Positions 1 to 8,822 of a stretch of DNA of 34,351 nt are shown piece after piece; the stretch's first letter is position 1, and each line of letters opens with the position of its first letter. The translations under genes and the position numbers were made by a program. This stretch comes from a virus. The notes beneath the pieces were generated by a model. That model saw only the letters and a program-made list of their open reading frames with translations, was not told the origin of the DNA and made no database searches. The stretch is taken from positions 1-34,351 of the IMG/VR virus record IMGVR_UViG_3300045988_172761; one strand, 5' to 3'.

Positions 1-25
1 AACCTCAAGTAGAGGTCGAGGGTTC
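1..25. repeat. 25-bp sequence identical to 34327..34351; circular-assembly overlap or permutation junction
   Basis: aacctcaagtagaggtcgagggttc occurs at both ends of the window. Confidence 0.9.
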
Positions 26-41
26 GGAGGCCGGGCGATGA
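1..41 (+). CDS. 3' end of terminase small subunit gene, continuing from 33828..34351 across the junction
   Basis: The open frame from 33828 runs off the window end. Read through the repeat, it terminates at TGA 39-41, which overlaps the TerL ATG at 38 as ATGA. Confidence 0.55.
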   Translation, partial: PQVEVEGSEAGR

Positions 42-1345
42 GCGCCGAGGAGATCCGGCTCACCGAGAAGCAGGCCGAGTACGTGCGCGAGGCCCACCAC
101 CGCTGGAACTTCGCCGTGGGCGCGGTGCGCTCCGGCAAGAGCCACCTGGCCGCGCGCTACACGATCCCCAGGTGCCTGCGGGCCGGGCACAACAGGCGCG
201 GCCTGAACCTTATCCTGGGCGCGACCAAGGAGAACGTCGAGCGCAACGTGCTGGAGCCCATGCGCGACATGTGGGGGCAGGCGCTGGTGGGCGACATCAA
301 CTCACGCAACTGGGCCACGGTCTTCGGCGAGAAGGTCTACTGCATCGGCGGCGAGAACGTCAAGCAGGTCAACCGCATACGCGGCTCCGAGATCAAGTTC
401 TGCTACGTCGACGAGGTCTGCGACGTGCACCCACAGGTCTTCGAGATGCTCAAGAGCCGACTCTCGCTGCCGTACTCGGAGTGCCACGCGGCCTGCAACC
501 CGGCGGGCCCCACGCACTTCGTGAAGCGGTTCCTGGACCAGGGCGACGCGGACCCCGACATCGACCTGTGGCACCAGGAGTACGCGATCTGGGACAACCC
601 CTTCCTGCCCGACAGCTACGTGCGCGCCCTGGAGGCCGAGTACCGGGGCACGGTCTACTACGACCGCTACATCCTGGGCCGGTGGGTCAAGGCGGAGGGG
701 CTGGTCTACCCCATGTGGGAGCAGGCCCTGGAGGACACCTTCGGGTACGCCCTGGAGGACGGCACCCCGGACCCCACGCTCCAGTGGTGCGTGAGCGTGG
801 ACTACGGCACCCAGAACGCCTTCGCGGCCCTGCTGTGGTGCAGGGACCGGGAGGGGACGTGGCACGCGGTGCGCGAGTTCTACTTCTCGGGCCGCGCGGA
901 GGGGCACCAGAGGACCGACCAGGACTACTGCCGGGACCTGCTCGACCTGACCGACGGCCTGCCGCGCCCGACGGAGGTGGTCGTGGACCCCTCGGCGACC
1001 TCCTTCATCGCGGCGCTCAGGCGCGTGCCCGGCCAGCCGTTCCGGGTGCGGCACGCCCGCAACGAGGTCGAGGACGGGATCCGCGACACCGCCACGTGCC
1101 TGCAGACCGGGCGCGTGAGGGTGTCCCGGGGGCTGCCCAACCTGGCGCGCGAGTTCGCGGGCTACGTCTGGGACGACTGCGAGCAGTGCGACCGCCCGGT
1201 CAAGGTCGACGACCACCTCATGGACGCGCTGCGCTACATGGTGAGGACCAAGCGGGCCCACCGCCCGCAGGAGGCGGCCTACGGGTCGCCGTTCGAGAGC
1301 GCGCCCGACAGGGCGCTGGACCTAGCGAGGAGAGTGAACGTCTAG
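38..1345 (+). CDS. terL: terminase large subunit (PBSX/SPP1-like, headful type)
   Basis: 435 aa. The N-terminal Walker-type ATPase region (AVRSGKSHLAARY) and a C-terminal nuclease region with conserved acidic residues fit the phage TerL family. It is coupled to the upstream TerS by an ATGA overlap. Confidence 0.9.
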   Translation: MSAEEIRLTEKQAEYVREAHHRWNFAVGAVRSGKSHLAARYTIPRCLRAGHNRRGLNLILGATKENVERNVLEPMRDMWGQALVGDINSRNWATVFGEKVYCIGGENVKQVNRIRGSEIKFCYVDEVCDVHPQVFEMLKSRLSLPYSECHAACNPAGPTHFVKRFLDQGDADPDIDLWHQEYAIWDNPFLPDSYVRALEAEYRGTVYYDRYILGRWVKAEGLVYPMWEQALEDTFGYALEDGTPDPTLQWCVSVDYGTQNAFAALLWCRDREGTWHAVREFYFSGRAEGHQRTDQDYCRDLLDLTDGLPRPTEVVVDPSATSFIAALRRVPGQPFRVRHARNEVEDGIRDTATCLQTGRVRVSRGLPNLAREFAGYVWDDCEQCDRPVKVDDHLMDALRYMVRTKRAHRPQEAAYGSPFESAPDRALDLARRVNV

Positions 1346-1346
1346 A

Positions 1347-2834
1347 ATGGCAGAGAGCGACGGCACCATCCGGGGCGACTCCCGGGTGCTCACATTCCAG
1401 GACCTGGAGCGGGCGCAGGACCGCCCGGCCCTGGTCATGGACGCCATCCGCAGGCACTGCGGCGGCCGAGCGTACCGTACGGCGCGGGTGGCGGACGAGT
1501 ACGACCGGCAACGCAACGTCACGGTACGGGACTACGTGCAGACCATCTTCGACCTGACCGGATCTAAGCTCGTGGACTTCACCGCGAGCAACTCCCGGAT
1601 CGCCAGCAACTTCTTCCACCGGCTCAACACCCAGCGGTGCCTGTACTCGCTGGGCCAGGGCGTGAGCTTCATCGGCCCGGGGGACGGCGGGGAGGACGCC
1701 ACCAAGGCGCTGCTGGGGCCGCACTTCGACCGGGACCTGGTCGACCTGGCCTACCGGGCGCTGATCCACGGCGTGAGCTTCGGGTTCTGGAACCTCGACC
1801 GCCTGCACGTCTTCCCCCTGACCGAGTTCGTGCCGTTCTGGGACGAGCGGGCGGGGACGCTGCGGGCGGGAGCGCGCTTCTGGAGGCTCGACCCCTCGCG
1901 CCCCATGCAGGTGGTGCTGTACGAGGAGGGCGGCTACACCCGCTTCGAGAGCCGCCAGGACGGCGGCGACCGCGACGCCGAGCGGCTGGTCATGGTCGAG
2001 GACCGGCGCCCCTACAAGGAGCGCGTGCAGTGGACCGAGGCCGGGGGCGAGGAGGTCGTCGCGGGCGAGAACTACTCGGCCCTGCCCGTCGTCCCCATGT
2101 GGGGCAGCCGCCTCCACCAGTCCACGCTGGTGGGCATGCGGGCTGCGATCGACAGCTACGACCTCATCCGCTCCGGCTTCGCCAACGACCTGACCGACTG
2201 CGCGCAGATCTACTGGACCATCAGCAACGCCGGCGGCATGACCGACGCGGACCTCGGGCGCTTCATGGACCGGCTGCGGCTCATGCACGTGGCCGTGACG
2301 GACTCCGACGAGGGGCAGGCGGCGACGCCGTCGGTCCAGGAGCCGCCCTACTCCGCCCGCAAGCAGTACCTGGACGACATCCGCGCCCAGATCTACGAGG
2401 ACTTCGGCGCGCTGGACGTGCACACGGTGGCCGCCGGCGCGACCAACGACCACATCGACGCGGCCTACCAGCCCATGGACGAGGAGGCGGCGGACTTCGA
2501 GCAGCAGGTCTCGGAGTTCATCCAGCAGGTCCTGTCCCTGATGGGGGTCGACGACAAGCCCACCTTCCACCGCAGCCGGATCTCGAACCAGGCCGAGCAG
2601 GTGAGCATGGTGGTGCAGGAGGCCCAGTGGCTCGACCAGGAGACCATCCTGCGCAAGCTGCCGAACGTCCGCCCCGACGAGGTGCCCGCGATCCTCGACC
2701 GCCTGGCCGGGGAGGAGCAGGGCCGCATGGGCGTGGCCCGGTCGATCGCCTCCGGCGACTTCGCGCAGAAGGCGTGGCAGGACGGCGCGGCCGAGCCCCC
2801 GGCCACCGGGAAGGACGACGGTGGCGAGGAGTGA
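1347..2834 (+). CDS. portal protein (SPP1 gp6-like)
   Basis: 495 aa, immediately after TerL, with SPP1-type portal-like sequence and an acidic C-terminus. Confidence 0.8.
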   Translation: MAESDGTIRGDSRVLTFQDLERAQDRPALVMDAIRRHCGGRAYRTARVADEYDRQRNVTVRDYVQTIFDLTGSKLVDFTASNSRIASNFFHRLNTQRCLYSLGQGVSFIGPGDGGEDATKALLGPHFDRDLVDLAYRALIHGVSFGFWNLDRLHVFPLTEFVPFWDERAGTLRAGARFWRLDPSRPMQVVLYEEGGYTRFESRQDGGDRDAERLVMVEDRRPYKERVQWTEAGGEEVVAGENYSALPVVPMWGSRLHQSTLVGMRAAIDSYDLIRSGFANDLTDCAQIYWTISNAGGMTDADLGRFMDRLRLMHVAVTDSDEGQAATPSVQEPPYSARKQYLDDIRAQIYEDFGALDVHTVAAGATNDHIDAAYQPMDEEAADFEQQVSEFIQQVLSLMGVDDKPTFHRSRISNQAEQVSMVVQEAQWLDQETILRKLPNVRPDEVPAILDRLAGEEQGRMGVARSIASGDFAQKAWQDGAAEPPATGKDDGGEE

Positions 2835-2926
2835 CGCCGCCCGGGTGCTCGCGGCGATAGAGGGGATGCGCCCCGCGCTCGCCGAGAGGCAGCGGGGCCG
2901 GGTGATCGAGGTGGAGGTGGCGCTGC

Positions 2927-4591
2927 ATGGCGGATCCCGCGCACGAGCAGACCGACGACATGATCGAGGAGATCCGGCAGCGGATCTCCCGCGAGTACCT
3001 GCGGGCCTATGAGGGGGCGGAGGAGAAGCTCGCCGACTACCTGCGCCGGTTCGAGGCCAAGGACCGGATCCACGCGGAGGCCGTGAGGCGGGGCGAGGAG
3101 ACCGAGGCTGACTACCGCGAGTGGCGGCGCGGCCAGATCCTGGTGGGTGAGAGGTGGCAGGAGCTGGTGGACACCCTGGCGGAGGACTACCGCAACGTCG
3201 ACCGCGTGGCGGCGTCGATCGTGAACGGCCACGCGCCGGACGCCTACGCCGTGAACCACGACTACGCCACCTTCCAGGTCGAGAAGGGCTCCAACCTGGA
3301 CACGTCCTACACGCTCTACGACCGCGCCACGGTGGAGCGCCTGATCCGCGACCAGCCGGACCTGCTGCCCGCCGTGAGGGTGGACGGAAAGCGCGACCTC
3401 GCGTGGAACCGGAGGCACATCGCCTCCGCCATCACCCAGGGCGTGCTGCAGGGCGAGAGCATGGACAAGGTGGCGCGCCGCGTCCGCTCCGTGGCCGACA
3501 TGGACTACCGCGCCGCCATGCGCACGGCCCGCACCGCCATGACCTCCGCCCAGAACGCCGGGCGCGTGGACGCGTACAGGCGCGCCGAGGGCATGGGGAT
3601 CCACGTGCGCAAGCAGTGGCTCGCCACGCTCGACGGCCGCACCCGCCACAGCCACAGGCAGCTCGACGGCGAGGTGGCGGGCATGGGGGAGAGCTTCAGC
3701 AACGGGCTGAGCTACCCCGGCGACCCCTCCGGGACGGGCAGCGAGGTCTACAACTGTCGGTGTACCCTGGTGCCCGTGGTGGACGGCGCGGACCCCTCCG
3801 AGGGCGTGAGGCACTCGAACCTGGGCGGCGTGAGCTACGAGGAGTGGCGCGGGGAGCGCGAGCGCCGCGCGCCCACGGGGGAGTCCGCCGTCGTACATAG
3901 ATACGAGGCGGCCGCCTCCGAGGGGTACGTCAAGTCGGGCTCATACCCCTCGTGGCTTCCGGGAACGGACTCGGCCGCTATGGAGGCGGTCGAGAGGTAC
4001 ACCAGCGACCAGTACCGCAGCGTCAACGGCTACCTGCGGCGGACGGGGGACTTCGCCCCGGATGGCAGGTACGGGAAGGCCCTCTCCCGCACCCCGGACG
4101 TGGAGTTCGCCCGAGCCAACCCGCTGGTTCGGCAGGAGGGCGAGAGTCTACCTGCCTTCCTGCGCAGGAGGAGGGAGGACGGGCTCTCCGACATCAGGGC
4201 GGCGGTCATGGCCGAGGACGCGGTGACCGCCACGGTGCGGGAGATGGACGCGCTGATAGATGGTTACGACCTCCCCAACGACGTGGTGCTGTTCCGGCGC
4301 GTGGACGCGAACGCCCTGCCGAACGACCCGCGATCCATAGTGGGCGGGACCTACGAGGACCGGGCGTACATGTCGACGTCCATCTTCGAGAGGAACAACT
4401 TCGTGGGGTCCGACGAGTACTTGATGAGGTTGAGGGTGCCCGCTGGAAGGGGTAGGGGCATGTACGTCAACGACATGTCCTCGTCCAAGGGCGAGCACGA
4501 ATTCGTGCTGGCGCGCGGGTCCAGGTTCCGCGTGGTATCCGTAACCGAGGAGGGAGGAAAGTTCGTGATAGACATGGAGCTTGAGGTATGA
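2927..4591 (+). CDS. minor head protein (SPP1 gp7 / Mu F-like) fused to a C-terminal ADP-ribosyltransferase toxin domain
   Basis: 554 aa. Residues ~100-290 carry MuF motifs (KQWLATLDGRTRHSHRQLDG ... VYNCRCTL). Residues ~345-554 carry ART hallmarks: YTSDQYRSVNGYLRR (Y-x-x-N-x-x-LR helix), the Arg motif VLFRRVD, the STS motif YMSTSIF, and the ExE motif GEHEF. Confidence 0.8.
   Translation: MADPAHEQTDDMIEEIRQRISREYLRAYEGAEEKLADYLRRFEAKDRIHAEAVRRGEETEADYREWRRGQILVGERWQELVDTLAEDYRNVDRVAASIVNGHAPDAYAVNHDYATFQVEKGSNLDTSYTLYDRATVERLIRDQPDLLPAVRVDGKRDLAWNRRHIASAITQGVLQGESMDKVARRVRSVADMDYRAAMRTARTAMTSAQNAGRVDAYRRAEGMGIHVRKQWLATLDGRTRHSHRQLDGEVAGMGESFSNGLSYPGDPSGTGSEVYNCRCTLVPVVDGADPSEGVRHSNLGGVSYEEWRGERERRAPTGESAVVHRYEAAASEGYVKSGSYPSWLPGTDSAAMEAVERYTSDQYRSVNGYLRRTGDFAPDGRYGKALSRTPDVEFARANPLVRQEGESLPAFLRRRREDGLSDIRAAVMAEDAVTATVREMDALIDGYDLPNDVVLFRRVDANALPNDPRSIVGGTYEDRAYMSTSIFERNNFVGSDEYLMRLRVPAGRGRGMYVNDMSSSKGEHEFVLARGSRFRVVSVTEEGGKFVIDMELEV
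3959..4591 (+). other. ADP-ribosyltransferase (C3/VIP2/exoenzyme-like) domain of the MuF fusion protein
   Basis: R / STS / ExE catalytic triad motifs in the canonical order and spacing. Confidence 0.7.
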
Positions 4592-4775
4592 AGGACAGGT
4601 TCGTGAGCCGTGCCGGGGAGTTCTCCCTGACCATGCCGGACAGACCCCGTAGGGCAGGGGAGGGGCCGGCGGAGGCCCTCGGGCGACACCCCGGGGCGCT
4701 GGTGCCGGGGCGCACCCCAGCTGGTCAGGGAGGGGCGCTCCGTGCCCCCGGAGAGGTATCGGGAGGGAGGCCGGC

Positions 4776-5114
4776 GTGGCGATCGACGGCGTGACGGTCA
4801 ACGAGGACAACACCGAGGAGGCCTCGCAGGGCATCCAACGGGCGATAGACCGCGCCCTGGAGGAGATCGGCCTGGCGGCGGAGGGCTACGCCAAGCGCGC
4901 GTGCCCGGTGGACACGGGCCGTCTGCGCAACTCCATCACCCACGTGGTCGAGGGCTCCGAGGACGCCGTGTACGTGGGCACGGACGTGGAGTACGCGCCC
5001 TACGTCGAGCTGGGCACCCGCCGCACGGCGGCGCAGCCGTTCCTGCGGCCGGCGGCGACCGGGCACGGCCCGACCTACCGCTCGATACTCGAGAGGAACC
5101 TGGAGGAGGGGTAG
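4776..5114 (+). CDS. HK97 gp10-like phage protein (head-tail region component)
   Basis: 112 aa with GTG start and RBS gggagggagg. The motif VDTGRLRNSI is typical of the HK97-gp10-like family. Confidence 0.55.
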   Translation: MAIDGVTVNEDNTEEASQGIQRAIDRALEEIGLAAEGYAKRACPVDTGRLRNSITHVVEGSEDAVYVGTDVEYAPYVELGTRRTAAQPFLRPAATGHGPTYRSILERNLEEG

Positions 5115-5126
5115 CGCGCGGGTACC

Positions 5127-5474
5127 GTGTTGCATCATAGCAACACCGGATGCAACACGGCGCAGCGCCGCGTGCGGCCGTCAATGCAACGCGGGATGCA
5201 ACGGCCCTCCCGCCCCAGGTCAGAGCGTGTTGCACCGCTGCAACTGTCAAGGCGTTGCATAGTTGCACGCGCGTCCGGTCGCGGCTGTTGTATTGTATTG
5301 CACCCCCTTTGGGGGTGCAATACAATACAACACGCCCGACGCCTGCAACGCAACGGGACAACTTGCCCTCCCGCCACCCCCGTGTTACAATTTACCGGAA
5401 GGGCCGCGAGGCACTGCGGCGAGCCGGGCCCGAGGGAGAGGGCCCTAATCCGAGGGAATGGAGCGAGCGAGACC
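5127..5474 (+). promoter_or_regulatory. non-coding region with >10 TGCAAC/GTTGCA repeats, a 47-bp hairpin (5286..5332) and an extended -10 TGTTACAAT (5383..5391); putative activator-dependent late promoter for the scaffold and capsid genes
   Basis: There is no credible ORF in this region. The repeats are visible directly. The TGnTACAAT element has no good -35. A small GGGCCC hairpin follows before the scaffold RBS. Confidence 0.5.
5286..5332. repeat. perfect inverted repeat (22-bp arms, 3-nt loop): tgttgtattgtattgcaccccc ttt gggggtgcaatacaatacaaca
   Basis: The palindrome was checked base by base. Confidence 0.85.
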
Positions 5475-6047
5475 ATGGCACTGACGAGGAAGCTCCTGCG
5501 ATCCATGGGGATCGAGGACGACAAGATCGACCAGATCATCGAGGCGCACGGCGAGACCGTGAGCGCGCTGAAGGACGAGCGCGACCAGTACCGCGACGCG
5601 GCGGAGGCCCTGCCGAGCGTGCAGAAGGAGCTGGACGACCTGAAGGCCAAGCCGGGCGACGGCTACAGGGAGAGGTACGAGAAGGAGCACGCCGACTTCG
5701 AGGCGTTCCGCGCGGAGACCGAGAAGGCCGCCGGGGAGCGCGAGAAGCGCGGGCTGTACCGCAAGCTCCTGCAGGGGGCCGGGGTGGACCCGCACCGCCT
5801 GGACGCCGTCATGCGCGTGGCCGACCTGTCGGGCGTCGTGGTCGAGGACGGGAAGATCAAGGACGCGGACGAGCTGGCCGAGGCCGCGAAGAAGGAGTGG
5901 TCCGACTTCATCGTGCGGACCGACACCAAGCCCGCGCAGGTGGACGACCCGCCCGCCGGGGGAAGCGACCCGGCCAAGAAGGAGCCGCACTCCATCGCGG
6001 AGGCCATGCGGCAGAGGATGGCGGCGGGAGCCGCCCACGAAGACTAA
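5475..6047 (+). CDS. head scaffolding protein
   Basis: ~190 aa, acidic, rich in Glu/Lys/Ala/Arg and predicted helical, directly upstream of the major capsid gene. The ATG at 5475 follows RBS gagggaatggag. The longer track ORF starting at 5127 covers the repeat region and is rejected. Confidence 0.6.
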   Translation: MALTRKLLRSMGIEDDKIDQIIEAHGETVSALKDERDQYRDAAEALPSVQKELDDLKAKPGDGYRERYEKEHADFEAFRAETEKAAGEREKRGLYRKLLQGAGVDPHRLDAVMRVADLSGVVVEDGKIKDADELAEAAKKEWSDFIVRTDTKPAQVDDPPAGGSDPAKKEPHSIAEAMRQRMAAGAAHED

Positions 6048-6059
6048 GGAGAACCCACT

Positions 6060-7055
6060 ATGGCGATCACCCTCGCCGAGGCCAAGGTCGGCATGGCCGA
6101 CAAGGTCGACCAGCAGGTGGTGGACACGTTCCGCCGCTCCTCACTGCTCCTCGACCGCCTCACGTTCGACAACTGCATCTCGCCCGGCACCGGCGGCTCG
6201 ACCCTGGGCTATCAGTACACGATGCTGAAGACCCCGGCCACCGCCGCCGTCCGCGCGATCAACACCGAGTACACCGCCAACGAGGCCAAGCGCGAGACCA
6301 AGCGCACGCAGGCCATCATCATGGGCGGCAGCTTCGAGATCGACCGCGTGATCCAGAACACGTCCGGCGTGATCGACGAGCTTAGCTTCCAGGCGGAGCA
6401 GAAGATCCAGGCCACGGCCAACTACTTCCACTACCTGGCGATCAACGGCACCGCCGACAAGTCCGGCGCGGGCCTGGTGACCAACACCTTCGACGGCCTG
6501 AAGAAGCTGCTCGCGGGCAGCTCCACCGAGTACGCCGCCACCGCCGACCTGACCACCTCGGCCAACGTGGACGCGAACTACAACGCGTTCCTGGACGAGC
6601 TGGACGACTTCATCTCCGGCCTCGACGGCTTGCCGGACATGCTGCTCATGAACCGCAAGATGCTCTCCAAGCTGCGCGGCATCGCGCGCCGCGCGGGCTA
6701 CTACGAGAGCACCAAGGACGACTTCGGGCGCACGGTGGAGACCTACAACGGCATCGAGCTGATGGACGCGGGCCAGTATTACGACGGCTCCAAGACCGTC
6801 GACACGGTCGCCGACACGGCGGCGGGCTCCGGCACCGCCGGCACCACCGAGATCTACGCGGTCAAGTTCGGCCTCGACGCCTTCTGCGGCATCTCCCCGC
6901 AGGGCAGCGGCGTGATCACGTCCTACATGCCCGACCTCACCGAGCCGGGCGCGGTCAAGAAGGGCGAGGTCGAGCTGGTCGCGGGCGTGGCGCTTAAGAA
7001 CTCGCTCAAGGCCGGCGTGATGCGCGGCATCCAGGTGGCACCCGCCACCAAGTAG
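6060..7055 (+). CDS. major capsid protein
   Basis: 331 aa, following the scaffold gene, with a strong RBS (aaggagaac). Size and position fit an SPP1/P22-like coat protein. Confidence 0.75.
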   Translation: MAITLAEAKVGMADKVDQQVVDTFRRSSLLLDRLTFDNCISPGTGGSTLGYQYTMLKTPATAAVRAINTEYTANEAKRETKRTQAIIMGGSFEIDRVIQNTSGVIDELSFQAEQKIQATANYFHYLAINGTADKSGAGLVTNTFDGLKKLLAGSSTEYAATADLTTSANVDANYNAFLDELDDFISGLDGLPDMLLMNRKMLSKLRGIARRAGYYESTKDDFGRTVETYNGIELMDAGQYYDGSKTVDTVADTAAGSGTAGTTEIYAVKFGLDAFCGISPQGSGVITSYMPDLTEPGAVKKGEVELVAGVALKNSLKAGVMRGIQVAPATK

Positions 7056-7074
7056 GAGAGGAGGTGGCGGTCTC

Positions 7075-7503
7075 GTGCTGGAGCAGGTCCTCGGCGAGAT
7101 TCACAACTGGTTCGTCCGCGAGGTGATCCCGGGTGAGTTCGAGGTCGCCGACGGCCAGCTGCGCATGCCGGGAGGCCGCGCGCTCCAGGACGGGCAGTAT
7201 CTCCGCGTGGTGGGGTCCGTCTTCGCGGACGGGCTCCACCAGTGGCCGGTGGGGGACCTGCCCCACGACGAGAGGTTCGAGGGCGAGGTGTGGGCGCTCG
7301 CGGTCCCCCAGGAGGTCGTGGACCTCGCGGGGGTGATCGACGACTGGGACGCCAAGAACGCGCCCGGCCCCTACGTCTCCGAGAGCTTCGGGGGCTACTC
7401 CTACACCCGGGCCACCAACGGCGCGACCGGTCAGGCCGCCGGGTGGCGCGACCGGTTCCGGCAGGAGCTGAACCGATGGAGGAAGGTGCCGGGATGTCGC
7501 TAG
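7075..7503 (+). CDS. head-tail connector / adaptor protein (gp6/gp15-like)
   Basis: 142 aa with GTG start after RBS ggagaggagg, at the expected position between capsid and head-closure genes. Confidence 0.45.
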   Translation: MLEQVLGEIHNWFVREVIPGEFEVADGQLRMPGGRALQDGQYLRVVGSVFADGLHQWPVGDLPHDERFEGEVWALAVPQEVVDLAGVIDDWDAKNAPGPYVSESFGGYSYTRATNGATGQAAGWRDRFRQELNRWRKVPGCR

Positions 7504-7841
7504 TGGACAACTTCAAGGTGCCCTGCACCCTGCTTGAGCGCTCGCGCGTGTCGGACGGGGAGGGCGGCTGGACCACCGGGTGGGTCGACGGCCCCACGTT
7601 CCAGGCCGCCATCGTGCGCGACTCCTCGCTCGCGGCCCGCGTGGCCGAGCGCGAGGGTCTGACCAACGTCTACACCGTGACCACCTCCCCTAACGCCGCG
7701 CTGGAGTTCCACGACGTTTTCAAGCGCAAGTCGGACGGCCAGGTGTTCCGCGTCACCTCGAATGGCGACGACAAGCGCACGCCGCCTGTCGCGTCGTTTC
7801 AGTTCGAGCAGGTGAGCGCCGAGGAATGGAGCCTGTCATGA
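7494..7841 (+). CDS. head closure / head-tail joining protein (SPP1 gp16-like)
   Basis: 115 aa (MSLVDNFKVPCTLLERSR...). The size and sequence flavour fit the Phage_H_T_join family. The ATG at 7494 follows RBS ggaggaagg. Confidence 0.5.
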   Translation: MSLVDNFKVPCTLLERSRVSDGEGGWTTGWVDGPTFQAAIVRDSSLAARVAEREGLTNVYTVTTSPNAALEFHDVFKRKSDGQVFRVTSNGDDKRTPPVASFQFEQVSAEEWSLS

Positions 7842-8206
7842 CCCCGGCCGCAGCGATCTATGATTTCATGGCCGGCTTCGGCATTCCCGCCTATGCGGCG
7901 GCTTCTGTGCCAGACGAGGCGGTGTTCCCGTATATCACGTACGAGCTCGCAGTCGACGACTTTTGGGGCGGGGAAGTTGCGTTGTACATGGACATCTGGT
8001 GCCGTGGTGACTCCGAGGCGGAGCCGAACGCGAAGGCGCGTGAAGTCTCAAAGGCACTAATCGGCTGCAAGTGTATCCCGTGTGACGGCGGCGGTGTCAT
8101 ACTGAAAAAAGGCTCGCCGTTCTGCCAGAGCATGGGCGACACGGCCGACGATAAGATCAAGCGTCGTCATATCAATTTGACGGCGGAGTTTATCACCTCG
8201 TTTTGA
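7838..8206 (+). CDS. neck / tail-completion (tail terminator-like) protein
   Basis: ~122 aa, sitting between the head-closure and major tail genes. Start chosen at ATGA overlap with the upstream stop; the track's alternative in-frame start is 7826. The GC content drops from this gene onward. Confidence 0.35.
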   Translation: MTPAAAIYDFMAGFGIPAYAAASVPDEAVFPYITYELAVDDFWGGEVALYMDIWCRGDSEAEPNAKAREVSKALIGCKCIPCDGGGVILKKGSPFCQSMGDTADDKIKRRHINLTAEFITSF

Positions 8207-8219
8207 GAGGACAAGTTAA

Positions 8220-8822
8220 ATGGCTAAGTTCACACAGATCCCGGCAGATACCTTCAAGAAGCTTCAGCTCAATGCCGGCATCCTCGCCACCGATTTCGAC
8301 CCGGCGACCGGCGAACTCACCGCGTCCAACATCGTCGGCGCGACGAGCGGCGGCGTGTCGTTCGAGGCCACGCCATCGTTCAGCGATTTCGGCGAGGACA
8401 TCGACAACTGCCCGAAGAACACGAAGGAACTCAAGATGCTCGACAGCTGGGAAGCCAAGCTGTCCGGCACGTTGGTGACGATGGACACGAAGGCGGCGAC
8501 GTCTGTCATCGGCGCTGCAGCCGTCGCGAGCGACGACCCGACCAAGGTCGTACCCCGCAATTCGGTCGACACCAAGGATTTCAAGAACCTCTGGTGGGTG
8601 GGCGACTACTCCGACGTCAATGAGGACGGCTCGGCTACCGGCAAGGCCGGTTTCATCGCGATCAAGCTCATCAACGCGCTGTCGACGGGCGGCTTCAAGA
8701 TCCAGTCTGGCGACAAGGCGAAGGGCACGTTCGAGTTCGAGTACACCGGCCACTACAGCATCGAGGACATCGACGTCGTCCCGTTTGAACTCTACATCAA
8801 GGCCGGCTCGGCTGATGCCTAG
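8220..8822 (+). CDS. major tail protein
   Basis: 200 aa, with a strong RBS and position upstream of the chaperone and TMP genes. Acidic, Thr/Ser-rich and predicted beta-rich. Confidence 0.6.
   Translation: MAKFTQIPADTFKKLQLNAGILATDFDPATGELTASNIVGATSGGVSFEATPSFSDFGEDIDNCPKNTKELKMLDSWEAKLSGTLVTMDTKAATSVIGAAAVASDDPTKVVPRNSVDTKDFKNLWWVGDYSDVNEDGSATGKAGFIAIKLINALSTGGFKIQSGDKAKGTFEFEYTGHYSIEDIDVVPFELYIKAGSADA

Noticed and set aside
172-1557. Long overlapping ORFs in alternative frames or on the antisense strand of terL, portal, MuF, TMP, endolysin and others (e.g. 172..1557 +, 302..1261 -, 1218..2570 -, 1637..2860 +, 2465..3898 -, 10049..11554 -, 14977..16419 -, 16843..18246 -, 26265..27797 N-terminal part, 33639..34334 -)
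   Set aside because: Stop-poor alternative frames are typical of ~67% GC DNA. Their translations are Arg/Pro/Gly/Ala-rich low-complexity sequences with no RBS, and they overlap genes that have clear homologous features.
4588-4794. 68-aa ORF overlapping the toxin stop, as a possible immunity gene
   Set aside because: Its Pro/Arg/Gly-rich low-complexity translation overlaps the gp10-like gene start. It is kept only as a low-priority check.
5127-6047. Track ORF extending the scaffold gene 116 codons upstream across the TGCAAC repeat region
   Set aside because: The upstream part translates repeats and palindromes. A good RBS plus ATG at 5475 gives a typical ~190-aa scaffold protein.
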